Shown here: piece after piece, positions 37,866 through 53,889 of the stretch | How positions within the stretch are numbered: the first letter of the stretch is position 1 | Layout: each line of letters opens with the position of its first letter | Assembly (NCBI RefSeq): GCF_009914755.1 | Contig: NC_060925.1 | DNA length: 64,000 nucleotides | Reading direction: 5' to 3' (one strand) | Source of the DNA: the human T2T-CHM13v2.0 reference genome, Homo sapiens | Position numbers and translations under genes: made by a program | Notes under the pieces: generated by a model | What the model was told of the DNA's origin: nothing | The model's input: the letters and a program-made list of their open reading frames with translations, nothing else | Database searches by the model: none

Positions 37866-38068
37866 GATTTGTTCCCTGCTGCCTCCTCAGCACCTGCAAC
37901 AATGCCTGGCATGTGGCAAGAGCACAAGAAAGAGTGAAAGCCAATGGCAACAGGGCAACATCGGCAGCTTTCAGGGCTCCAGTGTCTCTAATGATTGGCA
38001 CACGGGCGAAGACCTACTACGTGGCATGCAGTGGGTGGGCTCCCAGCTCTTGAGCAGCTCAAGTCCAG
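37866..38068 (+). pseudogene. GREB1-like relic exon (203 nt, phase 1-0)
   Basis: ttttgtag| ... CAG|gtaaga. FVPCCLLSTCNNAWHVA...LMIGTRAKTYYVA versus recalled SSCNDSVHV...LVEGKLAKTNYVV. Single TGA at 38051-38053. Confidence 0.62.
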
Positions 38069-38359
38069 GTAAGAATCACTGACAAATGAAATTCAAATAT
38101 GGGGTGTGTGTGGACATGAGTCGCTTGCCAAAAAGTTACCTTTCCCCTTAAAAATAATCAATGACCCACTTGTGATATTTGCATTAAAAGCTAAACATTG
38201 AATAAGGGAAGTCAAGGCTGCAGTGAGCTGTGATTGTACCACTGCACTCTGGCCTGGGTGACAGAGCAAGACCCTGTCTCAAAAAGGACAAAAAAAGAAA
38301 GAAAAAGTCCGCCAAACAAAAACCACTCGGATTTATGATTCACCTCCTTTTTGCTTTAG

Positions 38360-38460
38360 GAAAACAAATTATTGGCCATAATTCTCAAAATGGAGTTGGA
38401 AACTGAGCTGCTAGCACTGGATGACCTCTATCAAGAAACTAGCTACATCTCAGGAACAAG
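38360..38460 (+). pseudogene. Relic exon (101 nt, phase 0-2) with dead donor
   Basis: ctttttgctttag|. Open frame ENKLLAIILKMELETELLALDDLYQETSYISGT versus recalled DILLDKFHQENQGHISS. The expected donor position reads AG|atagtt. Confidence 0.55.
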
Positions 38461-39071
38461 ATAGTTTCTGTTCAGTTCAGCCAACCCGAGCTCCTGCCTG
38501 GGCTGGGCGTTGGGCTGGGCACCGAGGCTGCACAGCTGCTGAGCTCTGGCCCTGCCTCCAGGAGCTCAGTCTGTGGGATATGTACTGCACAGAGACAGCT
38601 CGGGACTCTAGACATAGCTCGGAGGGTAAGGGAAGTCTTCCCGGGGGAGGTGTCAGCTGGGCTGAGTTTCGATGAACTAATGTTGTCCAGGTGAATAAGG
38701 GAGAGAATGGATAGAAAAAGCGCAAGGCAGTAGTGAGACTCATGAGAGATCTGGAAACTTCACAGCTTCTGTGGTTCTCCATGGACTTGCTGTTGTCTGA
38801 GTGTCCACATGAGTGAAGGTGGAAGAATGGGTGTGGGCTCTCTGTCCAGGCAGGTGGGGTCCCATCAGGGATAATCAGTATCTGCCCAGTAATGAAGATT
38901 GTTTTGACACATGCAGGTGGTGCTGCACTCTTCCTTCCAACCACTGCCCATTAGGGGACAGGCCGAGTCAGTTTGTGCCTATCTTGCCCTATCTCCTTCA
39001 ATGAAGAAAGTGAATGCTGCAAGTAATACATGTTCATTGTCAAAAACTAAGAAAAATGTAAATACCCCATA

Positions 39072-39430
<359 letters not shown>

Positions 39431-39469
39431 CTATGTCTAAATTTTTTGTTTTGCAGAAACATACATATT

Positions 39470-42770
<3,301 letters not shown>

Positions 42771-42794
42771 TGCCTGGCTGATTATGACTTTCAG

Positions 42795-42991
42795 ACAAAA
42801 GAATGTGCACAGGTTTCGGCCTCCGGCACCCATTGCTGGGCCCTTGTTACAAGCAGCCTGTGCATCTGAGGAGGCCTAAGCCTGAGCTGCCGCACACATC
42901 CCCATCCCTGAAGACCAGAGAGCACCATGATGCCAGGGGTCCCTGCGCCTCCTGGAAGTGAAGAATGTTGCTGCAGCTCCAAGCTCGTAGG
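42795..42991 (+). pseudogene. Relic exon (197 nt, phase 2-1)
   Basis: ctttcag| ... AGG|gtaagt. QKNVHRFRPPAPIAGPLLQAAC versus recalled HSIRPFQLAVAQKLLSHVC. 4 in-frame stops. Confidence 0.55.
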
Positions 42992-43163
42992 GTAAGTCTG
43001 TGGGAATAAATCCAGGAGGACCTTCAGGGAGATTCCAATGAACTCCTGGTTATTCTGATTCTTTGGAAAATGAAATTTTCTGGTTAATTGAACTTCTTGA
43101 CTGGCTGAATCCAGTCTAAATGCCTTCAAATAGACCCCTACCTGGCACACCATCATGCTTCCC

Positions 43164-43460
43164 TTTTGTTTTGTCAGTTTGTTTGTTTTAAATAAGGAGT
43201 TTCTCTCTGTCATCCATGCTATAGTGTAGTGGCATGATCCTAGCTCACTGTGGCCTCCAACTCCTGGACTCAAGTGATCATCTTTCCTCAGCCTCCCAAA
43301 TAGCTGGGACTGCAGGCTTGTGCCACCACACCCAGCTGATTTAAAAAAAAATTTGTAGAGATGGGGTCTTCTTCTGTTGCCTGGGCTTGACTGGATCGCC
43401 TGGCCTCAAGTGATCCTCCCACCTCAGCCTCCCAAAGCACTCCCAGCACCACGCCTGGTC
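43164..43460 (-). mobile_element. AluJ
   Basis: Alu consensus match. Confidence 0.88.
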
Positions 43461-43505
43461 CATAATGCATCTTAAAAATGCAGATGACATGTTATAATTT
43501 TGCAG

Positions 43506-43670
43506 ATATTGTTGTGAAATGTCTTGAGTGCCCAGAACAGGGCGAGCCACACAAAAGATGCAGAAGTCGAACAATGCTGGTGGTGGGGCTACATGCAACC
43601 TGGGAGCTGCTGTTGAACTAAGTGCCCAGCAGGAGCTTGTCTTCTTATTATTTACTGATCATAAAATTGA
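43506..43670 (+). pseudogene. Relic exon (phase 1 start, frameshifted)
   Basis: ttttgcag|AT ATT GTT GTG (DIVVKCLE), then a shifted frame ELSAQQELVFLLFTDH versus recalled QNPHTLFVLIHDH. The 3' end is uncertain. Confidence 0.5.
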
Positions 43671-44770
43671 GTACAGACTGCTCTCATCCTCCTTCTGTGG
43701 GGTTCCTTGATTCTCTTGGTTGTTTAGACTGTGGATAAAAGGGCTTTTGGTAGTTGCTGGGGAGAAAGGTCAGCAGCAGCAGTGATGAGAAAGCAGCATG
43801 CCCACAGGTGGAAGCCTCGGAAGGGGTTCCTGAGAGGCTGCTCCGCCTGTGAGGTGCGGGAAGCACAGGGTCCTCCAGCTCAGTTAACCATGCATAGTGG
43901 CAGGCACTGCTCCTAAAACACAGAGTAGTCAATCTTCCTAGAAAATGCAAAATGCTCTTCTGACTCCACTTTTTTTTTTTAAGTATTCAAAACATCCTTT
44001 TCAAGCCCTGTTTAGCTCTTTTTATAGCTGTGTTTGGACAGACTGAACAGATGAAATTTACTTAACACTTCCAGTGTGGGTCTTTGGTTGATCACTACAG
44101 AGCCTATGTTTTGAATAAAATTTTGAATTTGCACATCAGCAAGAATTCTGCCATGAGAATTTATTTTAACATAAAAGCCAAGACTGTTCTCCTTGCCTCC
44201 ATCCCTCGGCTTTTCCTCCCCTCCTCCCTCTTTCCCTTGCTCCATCCACAATGGAATTCTCACCATTTTCCCAGAACACCATGCCCTTTTTTGTCTGTGT
44301 CTTTGCACGCTCTTCCCATTGCCTGGAGTGCCCTCTAGGTCCATCTAGTGACCCAAATAAGACTTTAAGCCTAAACACAAATGTCCCCTCTTTTCTGACG
44401 TCCTCATGGACACACCCCTGGTATAAAATCACTTCCTCCTCTGTGCACCGAATGGTGTCTCACCCATCCGTGACAGCACTTACCACACCGTGCATCTGCT
44501 CACCTGCTCACCATCTGTCTCCCCAGAAAGACTGCCAGCTCCTCAAGGGCAGGGACCATGTCTCCTTCACTCAGCACCTTTGGCTCAAGAACACTAAGAT
44601 ATTTGGACCCTTGAAGTCTCAGTTTCCTCATCTGTAAATTAGGAAAAACACAACATCACTGAAGGAGATAGGGGAGGACTAAAGGAGCTGTGCTGTGCTT
44701 GGTACACAGGAAATATTCAGTAAAAATTCACCATTTTCAGGGATTCGTTATTTTAGAAGTTTACCAAAAT

Positions 44771-45170
44771 GCTCCCTCTCCTCTCCCCCTGCTTCCTCTC
44801 CCCTCCCCTCCCTCTCCTCTCCCCTCTCCTCCCCTCCCCTCCCTCTCTTCTCTCTCCTCTCCCCTCCCTCTCCTCCCCTCCCCTCCCTCTCCTCTCCTCC
44901 CCTCCCTCTCCTCCTCTCCCCTCCCTCTCCTCCTCTCCCCTCCCTCTCCTCCTCTCCCCTCCCTCTCCTCCTCTCCCCTCCCTCTCCTCTCCTCCTGCTT
45001 CCTCTCCCCTCCCCTCCCTGTCCTCTCCCCTCTCCTCCCCTCCCCTCCCTTCCCCTCTCCTCTCCTCTCCTCCTCTCTCATATACACACACTCACACACA
45101 CTATCACTCACACACACTCACACACACTCTAACACACACTCACCTACAAGCACGCACGCACGCGCACGCG

Positions 45171-45205
<35 letters not shown>
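44771..45205. repeat. ~310-bp CT-only low-complexity repeat followed by (CA)n/(CG)n
   Basis: Directly visible. Confidence 0.95.
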
Positions 45206-45210
45206 TTGAG

Positions 45211-45326
45211 ATGGCTGACCTGGAGGCCACCGTTTGCCCCAGGGGTAGATGCCAGAAATGGGCCAGCTTGAAACAGATGGCAAATACTCAGCTCTGAAGG
45301 ACAAGCTGCCTGGTCTAGGCCTACAG
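45211..45326 (+). pseudogene. Relic exon (frameshifted)
   Basis: WLTWRPPFAPGVDA / DGKYSALKDKLPGLGLQ versus recalled IHWPASCSNGVDL..KKYFGLSE. Donor CAG|gtataa. Confidence 0.45.
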
Positions 45327-46077
45327 GTATAAGAAAGAAGATATTTCAAGGAGGAAATGAAAAGGCAGAACAAGTTCCCCGTCCCCTGTCATCATGCTCG
45401 GCTCTGAGCTGGAGACAGGTGGGAGGTTTTGGAGAAGGAGTAAGAGCTCCAGATGTGAGTGTGAAGGGACCTCTACCCTGCCTGGCTAGATAGCTTCAGG
45501 ATCGCCTTCCACATTCCCTCTTCACCCTCTCCACTCGGCTCTCTGCCCCGGGAAGTTGAGCTATAAACACATCAATGGGCCTCTCTGACCAGTGCCTCTG
45601 GTTGGATTCAGATCATGGGGAACAGTAACAGGACAAAGAAGGCAGGAGGAAAGTGAGGGTGGGTATTTATTCCGGGGCTTCCTTCTGCCAAGGTCCTATG
45701 GCTCTGGTCATGGCGGCTGCGGGTGGTAACAGCACCTACGTTACTAGCTAGCTCAGGGATACTGCACTGGACATGGGTTTCCCCGCACCCTGCCCACACC
45801 TTCATAAATAATCTCTGTATTTAATTCTCTTCAAAACACACCATTTGAACAATACCGTCGGCTCCCTGCCCCTGCCCTTCCATCCCTGGCCAAGGAGACA
45901 CAGGTTAATGTTCCCCTGGAACTTGAGGGGACCCAGGAGTGGAGAGGATTTGCTCCCTGCATACTCTCAGGAGTTTTCGTGAGTTGCTGCCTTACAGATG
46001 TGTCTGACTCTGGGAATGTGAGGAGAACGATAAATGGGGTGGCATGGCTCATGTGGGCAAAACAGGGCTGGAGATGG

Positions 46078-46660
46078 TGTGTTAGTCCGTTTTCACACTG
46101 CTATGAAGAAATACCTGAGACTGGTAATTTATAAAGGAAAAAGGTGGGGTTTTTTTTTTTTTTTTTTTTTTTTGGAGGCAGAGTCTCGCTCTATCCCCCA
46201 GGCTGGAGTGCAGTGGCACGATCTCGGCTCCACCTCCCAGGTTCAAGCAATTCTCCTGCCTAAGCCTCCTGAGTAGCTGGGATTACAGGTGCATGCCACC
46301 ATGCCCGGCTAATTTTTGTATTTTTAGTAGTGACAGGGTTTCACCATGTTGGTCAGGCTGGTCTTGAATTCCTGTTCTCGCGTGATCGGCCTGCCTCAGC
46401 CTCCCAAAGTGCTGGGATTACAGGCGTGAGCCACAGCGCCCAGCCAGGAAAAAGCTTTAATTGACTCAGTTCTGCATTGCTGGGAAGGCCTCAGGAAACT
46501 TAACAATCATGGCAGAAGGCAAAGGAGAAGCAGGCACCTTCTTCACAGGGTGGCAGGAAGAAGTGCCAAGCAAGGGGGGAAAGCCCCTTATAAAACCATT
46601 AGATCTCGTGAGAAATCACTCACTATCACAAGAACAGCATGGGAGTAACCACCCCCACAT
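46078..46660 (-). mobile_element. THE1 LTR, truncated, with a nested Alu (46150-46446)
   Basis: TGTGTTAGTCCGTTTTCACACTGCT...GGCCTCAGGAAACTT...CATGGCAGAAGG. Confidence 0.8.
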
Positions 46661-46735
46661 CAGGAATTTTCCCTATAGTGACTCTGTTGGGGTATAGAGA
46701 TATCAGAGAGAGAGAGAGAGAAAGCACGCTTGCAG

Positions 46736-47477
46736 ATCAGCTGCAGATGAACTGACTGTCCGTGTGAGGGACATGGCTGAATTCTTAGAGTGCTGTCTGT
46801 GATGGTTAATTTTATATGTCAGCTTGGCTGGGCCATGGTGCCTAGATCTTTGGTTAAACATTCTAACATTTTTCTGGATGTTTCTGTCAAAGTGTTTTTT
46901 GGAAGACATTAACATTTAAATGGGTGGATTCTGAGTCAACCAGATTGCCTTCCATGACGTGGGCGAGTGTCATCTAATAAGCTGAAGAACAAAGACTGAC
47001 CTCCCCTAAGCAAGAAGAATGATGCCAGCAGGCTGACTGTGGGCTCGATCTGCAGCTCTTCCCTGGGTCTCCAGCTGCTGGCCTGTCCTGCAGACTTTGG
47101 ACTTGCACCTCCACAATCACATGAGCCAATTCCTTAAAATAGACCTTTCTTTTTCTAGGTATAGGTACACATCCTGTTGGCTCTGTTCCCCTGCCAAGAT
47201 GGGAGCCAATCAATTCCAGCAGAATGTGTGGGGCCTCATTCGAATGAATGTTTGTGCCCTCTTGGCAGACATGGCGAATTATTCAAGAGCAGGAAGCCAG
47301 TTCAGGATGGAGCAAAGTGTTATCCTTGACTTCTTCCTCCAGCTTCCGTCCCCATCAATCTGTGTAGTGGCCAACCCTTCCCACTTCCCACATTTACTCT
47401 CTCTCTTACTGCTACTCCTTAATCCGAGCCATCCATGGAAATCCCCAGCCAATAGCATGGGACAGTTGACGGTCTAA
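46736..47477 (+). pseudogene. Relic exon split by an MLT2 LTR
   Basis: SAADELTVRVRDMAEFLEC before the LTR. GLIRMNVCALLADMANYS...FFLQLPSPSICVVAN after it, versus recalled MKNYT...LLRVPCSPLAVVAY. Ends are uncertain. Confidence 0.5.
46798..47190 (+). mobile_element. MLT2 (ERVL) LTR
   Basis: Starts TGTGATGGTTAATTTTA. The last ~20 bp are missing. Near-TSD CTGTC/CTGCC. Confidence 0.82.
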
Positions 47478-48959
47478 CTCTCAGCATTCATCCCTCTCGT
47501 TCCCAGCATTTGCTCTATGCATCAGGCATGCAAACCCTTCCCCACTACTTGTAGAGCCCATGCTCCTTTATACCTCTTGTATTTCATTCACCAAAAATCT
47601 CTAATAAGGGCTGACTGTGTACAACCCTGTGCTAAGGGCGGAACACGCAGTCCCAGGTTTCAAAGAGCTCAGAATCTAAGGGAAAGAGAGGCTTGGAAAC
47701 GGATTAAGTGCAACCACGTCCTGGCCACAGAGGGGAGGAAAGAAGCCCTGGTGAAGGCTCTTTGCAGAGGGAGGGAACGTCTTTATTTTATGCATGTTCT
47801 TCCCTTTGCTACCTTGTGCCTCTTCACCAGGAAACATCTCATCCTGCAGCTGAATACCGTCTCCCTACTCAGTGGTATCTACTGCCACCTCCATGCTCTG
47901 TCCAGAGCTAGTTCATTGTTCCCTTCCCAGTGCTCCTTCATATTTTCTATTTACTACTTTCTTCCTTTATTACATCAAGTAATACTACCAAATACTGCTC
48001 CTCTAGCATTTGCCCTGTGCTGCGCATGTGCTCGCCCTGCAACCACCTTTGGGGCAGGTACTATCGTATCATATCGTATCATCATTGGCTCAGGGTATAA
48101 GTATCTTGCTTAGTAACTCATGGCTCGTGAAATTAGTCATTTCATAATCTCAAGTTGCTGAGCACTTGTCTGGCGCAGAGTAGAGAGCAAATATTTGTCT
48201 AATGGAAGTGTGTTTGTGAAAATGCTGGGCTGTGTAAACTAAACAGAACGGAATAAAATCAGCTAGAGGGGTTTGCCAGGGAAGACTTCAAAAGCAGAGG
48301 GCATTTGTTTCTCTCTTGCCACCACTAATGTTTCTCAGTGTCTGGGGCGAGAGCCAGGAGAGAGAAGCCAGGTAGTCCCATCGTTGGAAAAGGCCACAGC
48401 GCCTTGCTGCCACCCACTGACAGCAGCATGGAGCTCTGCAGTTCCAGGACTGCCTGTGCAGGGGGCCATCCCTGGTACCATGCCCCTCTCCCTTCTGTGT
48501 GCCAGCTGGGCTGTCTCCCTTTCCTGGCCAGGGCTGTCCCTGCTGAATGCCAAACATCTGCAGACAGGGTTTGCAAACAGCTGGCTCAAAGTTCTGAGCT
48601 TTTGTGATCTCATCCAAGTGCCTGGCTATGGGGAACAGGCTTATTTTCCTGGGCTACCAGCACTGGAGTGGTGGAAATTACATTAGACTTGGATTCAGAG
48701 GCCTGCATTTGATTCTGAGCCCTGCCACTTTACAGCTAAATAAATGATACTGAACCTCTGTTTCCTTCGCTGTAAAATGGAAATGATGATCATTCCTACC
48801 TCATAGGGTTGTTAGGGGAGTAAGACAATAGACATGGGGCATGCTTGTAACTGTGTTCTGCTGAAACATGTGAGAGAGTGTCAATAATTAAAAGAAGCAA
48901 GAGTTCCTCAAGTCACAGTCATGCCAAGATGTCTAGACAATCCCTTTAGTTTATCTCAG

Positions 48960-49039
48960 TTCATTATTGAGATGCGAGGTCTACATAGCAGGGAAATTAA
49001 TTGTTGCACTGAATGGACCAGATTTAGTTATTCACTGAG
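48960..49039 (+). pseudogene. Relic exon (80 nt, phase 0-2)
   Basis: tttatctcag| ... GAG|gtgggc. Open frame FIIEMRGLHSREINCCTEWTRFSYSL(R) versus recalled FEIILG...HFVKQLR. Confidence 0.45.
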
Positions 49040-49421
49040 GTGGGCTGACACCTTGGGACTAGCACAGCATCTGGAGGCGGAAACTCTGGAAATGAATCCC
49101 CAAGTGCTGTTTGTGTAATCTAAGCATCATTTCTTCAGTTCTAAAATTGGGGCCATAATCTCCACATTGTACATGCCCTTGGACCCAGCAATCTTGCTCT
49201 TGGATTATATCCCAGAAGGCGTATACGGTGATGTGTAGAAGGATATTCGTCGTGGTGGTGTTTGTGGTAGCAGACAGGAGAGATATTGGAGGTTTTCACC
49301 ACCAGGGAATGGATAAGTCAACCACAGTGGATGCGCCTGTGGAATTCCGGACAGCAGGCAGAAGCAATGGACTAGATGTACACAGAGCAGCATGGAGAAT
49401 TCTTCAAAACAGTGTTGGGTA

Positions 49422-49938
<517 letters not shown>

Positions 49939-50461
49939 GGGGGTATAGAGTAAAACAAGAAAAGAGAAGAGCATTGCAAAGATCAGTGATAATAGTAGAG
50001 TGTTAACCTAGATGTATAACCAACTCAGTTTCCTGCAGCAGAAAATGTTTTAAATGTCTATCCTGAGGTGTTGTAAGAATTAGACATAATATTCATAAAG
50101 GTTCCTGACACAGTGCTTGGCCCATGAGAGATGCTGCAGAAATGGAAGCTCCTTTTATCATTCTCTCATTGATCAAATAATGTACCAAGTGCCCACTTTG
50201 TGCAGGACGCTGTGCAAGGATCCATGGGAGAGACAAAGACTGGGTGTCTCTCAGGAACTTGAGCATAGCAGATGGGACAGAATGGCAATGGGAGGGGAGA
50301 ACCCTCATCTGAAGCTGCAGAGAAGACACTATCAGACCTCCTCAGCTTCCAAATTGAGGCTGAAAGAAGTGACTTGCTCAAGGTCACACAGCCAGTTAGG
50401 GGCTGAGCTAAGGGCAACTGTCTAGGTCTCCAGGGCCTTTTCAGAGCATCACCCAAGCCAG

Positions 50462-51148
50462 TGTGGCTGGTGGGGTGACTCAGATTCTTGACTTCACCGC
50501 ACAAAAGAATTTGAGGGTGGGTCCAAAGTAAGAGTAGGCAAAGAAGTTTATTGCAGAGTGAAAGTACACTCTCAGAGGCAGAGTGGGCTGCTCAGAGGCA
50601 GAGACAGCCCCCAGTGTCCCAAGGGAATTCCCTTTATGAGAGCTGTACAGACATATGCATGAACTACTGGTGAGGTGAAGTGCAAAGGCTGACCTATGGT
50701 TGGTGTATGCACTCAGCATCTACATGCTTTCACATGCATTGCATGTTATCACTAGCGTAGAAAATCACCCAGAGGTGTGTTTATTAAAATGAGGAAAAAT
50801 CACTAAGTTAAACCTTGAGCCTAGCTGCTCATATGAGACCCAGGAGAAGTCCTTAGTCCACCCCCACAAGCCAGGAATTTGTAGCTAATAGCTTCTTGGG
50901 GTTTTAGTGCTGATTGGCTACAGATTGGGGAAGCTGCATCACATCATGAACAATGGGTTTTTGTTCTCTTTCTCAGGTGGTACTAGGTATCAGGAACTTG
51001 TAGCCATCTGGCGGTCTGCCGGTAGCCTGTAGGACTGCTTACAGGTAGGTGCTGATGCACAAGGGGGGCCTGCTTTGAAAGGAGCCCATGGGGCTTCACA
51101 CCAGGGGACAAGTCAGTGTGGCCTCCTCACCTTCCTTATCCTGCCTCA
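50462..51148 (-). mobile_element. Solo ERV1 LTR (MER4 group, MER66-like)
   Basis: Minus strand TGAGGCAGGATAAGG...CACA. Near-TSD CCAG/CCAA. Confidence 0.72.
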
Positions 51149-51402
51149 CCAATACATCTGAATCCAAGAGAGTGGAAGGCTGGTACCTCCTGTCTCACCT
51201 TCTGCTCTGACAATCCTCCCTCACACTCCTCTTCGGTTTACCCACTCACCCATGTGCATGTGTGCAATGGAGAAATAAATTAGGAGATTGTTTTAAAAAT
51301 GCAATTTGGTAGCTAAAATCTTTCTGAATAGGGGGTCCATGGGAAAAAAGTGAAAAGGTTCTGAACCCTGGCAGAGGTGAAGCTCTAAGGAGCAAATCTC
51401 CT

Positions 51403-51870
51403 TGGGGTGGTTAATTTTACATGTCAACTTGACTGGGTCATGGGGTGTCCAGATAGTTGGCTTACTTCTGGGTGCATCTGTGAGGGTGCTTCTGGATGAT
51501 GTTGGTGTTTGAATTGGTGGCTGAGTAAAGCAGACAGCCCTCTCCAGGGTGGGTGGCACCATCCAATCTGTCAGGGGCCTGAATAGAACAAACAGGCAGA
51601 GGAAGGCTGAGTTTGTCCTCTGCCTGGATGCCTGAGTTGCAACATTTGTCTTCTCCTGCTCTCAGACTGGGACCATAGGCTCCCCTGGTCCTTAGGCCTT
51701 CAGACTTGGACTGAACGACACCACTGACTTTCCCAGGTCTCCAGCTTGCAGATGGCAGGAAGAGGTTCTTCCCAGCCTCCACAGTCATGTAAGCCAATTC
51801 CTTACAATAAATGTCTTCATATCTACACATCCTATTGCTTATGTTTCTCTGGAGAAGCCTGACTAATACA
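51403..51870 (+). mobile_element. MLT2 (ERVL) LTR
   Basis: TGGGGTGGTTAATTTTACATGTCAAC...CCTGACTAATACA. Confidence 0.85.
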
Positions 51871-51891
51871 TTCCTGTTCTCCCTTTTCCAG

Positions 51892-52454
51892 GCCTGCCCA
51901 GCTGCTTTAGTGATTCCGGGTCAGAGTCTTGCAATCAGAAGCAACTCCCACCCTCAGCCCTCAAAATGGGCCATCTCAAATCTTACTAGCCAATGGCACT
52001 CCAAGGAGAGGGAGGAGCAGTGTCCCTGTAAGCTCCTTCCAGCCTTTATCATCCTTTGACTTGTCCCTAAAATATCCTATTCCCCAAAGATGGCAAGAGC
52101 GCCTCCCGAGAAGGAGGAGCAAGGGCATCTCCATGGAGCCCCGCTCTCTGAGCTCTGACTGAGGGTGGGGGAAGGAGAGAACTCTGGGTCTGGCTCACGG
52201 GGTGCCATGTGTCAGGCAGCAGGTCCTTGTGAAGTCTCCAGAGATGTGAGGAGTTGGTCGTAACAGCCCAGGGAAGGAGAGGTAGACGTGGCAAACGGGA
52301 GAGACAGGTCCCCAAAGGCTTTGCCGACTTCTTGCCAGCCTTGATCCACCAGAGCTATAATGGCCTTTCCTACTATTTCAGAAAAACCCAAAACTTTCCC
52401 CACAGAGTTCAAAATGGGATTGGCAAGGAGCTGAATACCATATTGGTTTTCTGA
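51892..52454 (+). pseudogene. Large decayed relic exon
   Basis: ttctcccttttccag|GC CTG CCC (GLPSCFS). The 3' part VPKGFADFLPALIHQSYNGLSYYFRK resembles recalled SSFRPLLSKTMTSTEQSLYYRQ. Several stops and shifts; the end is uncertain. Confidence 0.42.
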
Positions 52455-52988
52455 GATGAGCACAGTCAGCACACTAGCTCCGAGTCAGAAAGGGCAAGAG
52501 AGGAGGGCGAGACAATTCTCTAAGTGATGGGAACCTTCCCTGTCTGGGAGTTTGGCTCAGCTGTGAGCTGGGTTAATGTGGCTGCAGAAGGGAAGCATGG
52601 TTCATGTCCAGCCAGCAGGGACACTGTCCCAGAGCTGCGCTCAGCCCTCATAGACTGGCTCCATTTACCTCTCACGCAGCACCCCATGAGCTGAGGGCGG
52701 TTCTGTGGCCATGTTACACATAAGGAAATAGGATGCAGAGCTGATGACTTGCCCAAGATCACACTACTGGGGAGTGGTGGAATTAGAATTTGAACCCAGA
52801 TTGCCTAGCCCATTAGCCTAACCACTAATCAAAGCAGCAGCTCAACTGTAGCCGAGTCATTAGGAATCTCCCAGCTTATGGCTGAGAAAGCAAGAAAAAT
52901 GAATCTTTACCATGCAGGGCCGGAGTCAAAGTGCACGTCATTCAGTGCACGTTTCTTCTGAAGAATATTTCTTATGGAAATGCATTCT

Positions 52989-53302
<314 letters not shown>

Positions 53303-53345
53303 CTAGGGAAACATCAATCTATAACCATAATTCCTATATTCTCAG

Positions 53346-53539
53346 TATCATCTCTTATTTTTTGGGGGGCTGCCTGCTCATTGAACAGCAGAGCATGGCA
53401 TGGGGTTTCATCACATCCAACATACAACCTCCCTTCCAACCTAACTGATTTTCCACAGTGTTTCTCAGCACTGTCATAGAACTACCGCTTATGGAATGTA
53501 TGAATGACATTATTACAAGATATTTAAAGAGATTTAAAA
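53346..53539 (+). pseudogene. Relic exon (frameshifted)
   Basis: attctcag|YHLLFFGGLP / ...FSTVFLSTVIELPLMECMNDII versus recalled RRLLLSGPP...FLSVLSRMLVRLTEVDVYD. Donor AAA|gtataa, phase 1. Confidence 0.4.
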
Positions 53540-53648
53540 GTATAAAACCTGAATAAAAGCCACCACAATCACTTGGTGTGTGCAAACAACACCCCGGTTC
53601 AGACATCACTGACAGGACGTGTCAGGGATTTCACCTTACCGGCTAAAG

Positions 53649-53666
53649 TGGCGCCACCGTGTGGCA
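53649..53666 (-). promoter_or_regulatory. CTCF-like motif
   Basis: Minus strand TGCCACACGGTGGCGCCA is close to the CCASYAGRKGGCRS consensus and lies in unique CpG-containing sequence. Confidence 0.5.
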
Positions 53667-53889
53667 AGAATGTAAACGCTATTTGCAATGGACTTGGATA
53701 GGCAGCTTCGAAATTACGTGAGCCTTAGTTCTTTTTATTTAATTGGTGAGAGTTGCATTATTCCAAAGTTGTAGGCATCAAGTCAGACTTTATTAGTATC
53801 GCGTGTCACACGATTTCTAATTCCTATCATTTAAATTGGGCCGATAGGGACCCCTCCATGCCGTGTGGTGAGTGCTGGGATTTGGGCAT

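Noticed and set aside
38916-39021. Possible extra relic exon [35 protein letters not shown]
   Set aside because: The frame is open, but its phases (0 to 1) do not fit the neighbouring exons and the similarity is too weak. Worth rechecking with an orthologue.
43728-43853. Possible relic exon after 43670
   Set aside because: It implies a ~57-nt intron and I could not choose a frame.
44690-45271. Pro/Ser/Leu-rich and Gly/Glu/Arg-rich ORFs of up to 193 aa
   Set aside because: They are stop-free only because of the CT/CA simple repeat.
47517-48113. 198-aa ORF
   Set aside because: Overlaps L2/MIR-like decay and shows no family similarity or coding-like codon pattern.
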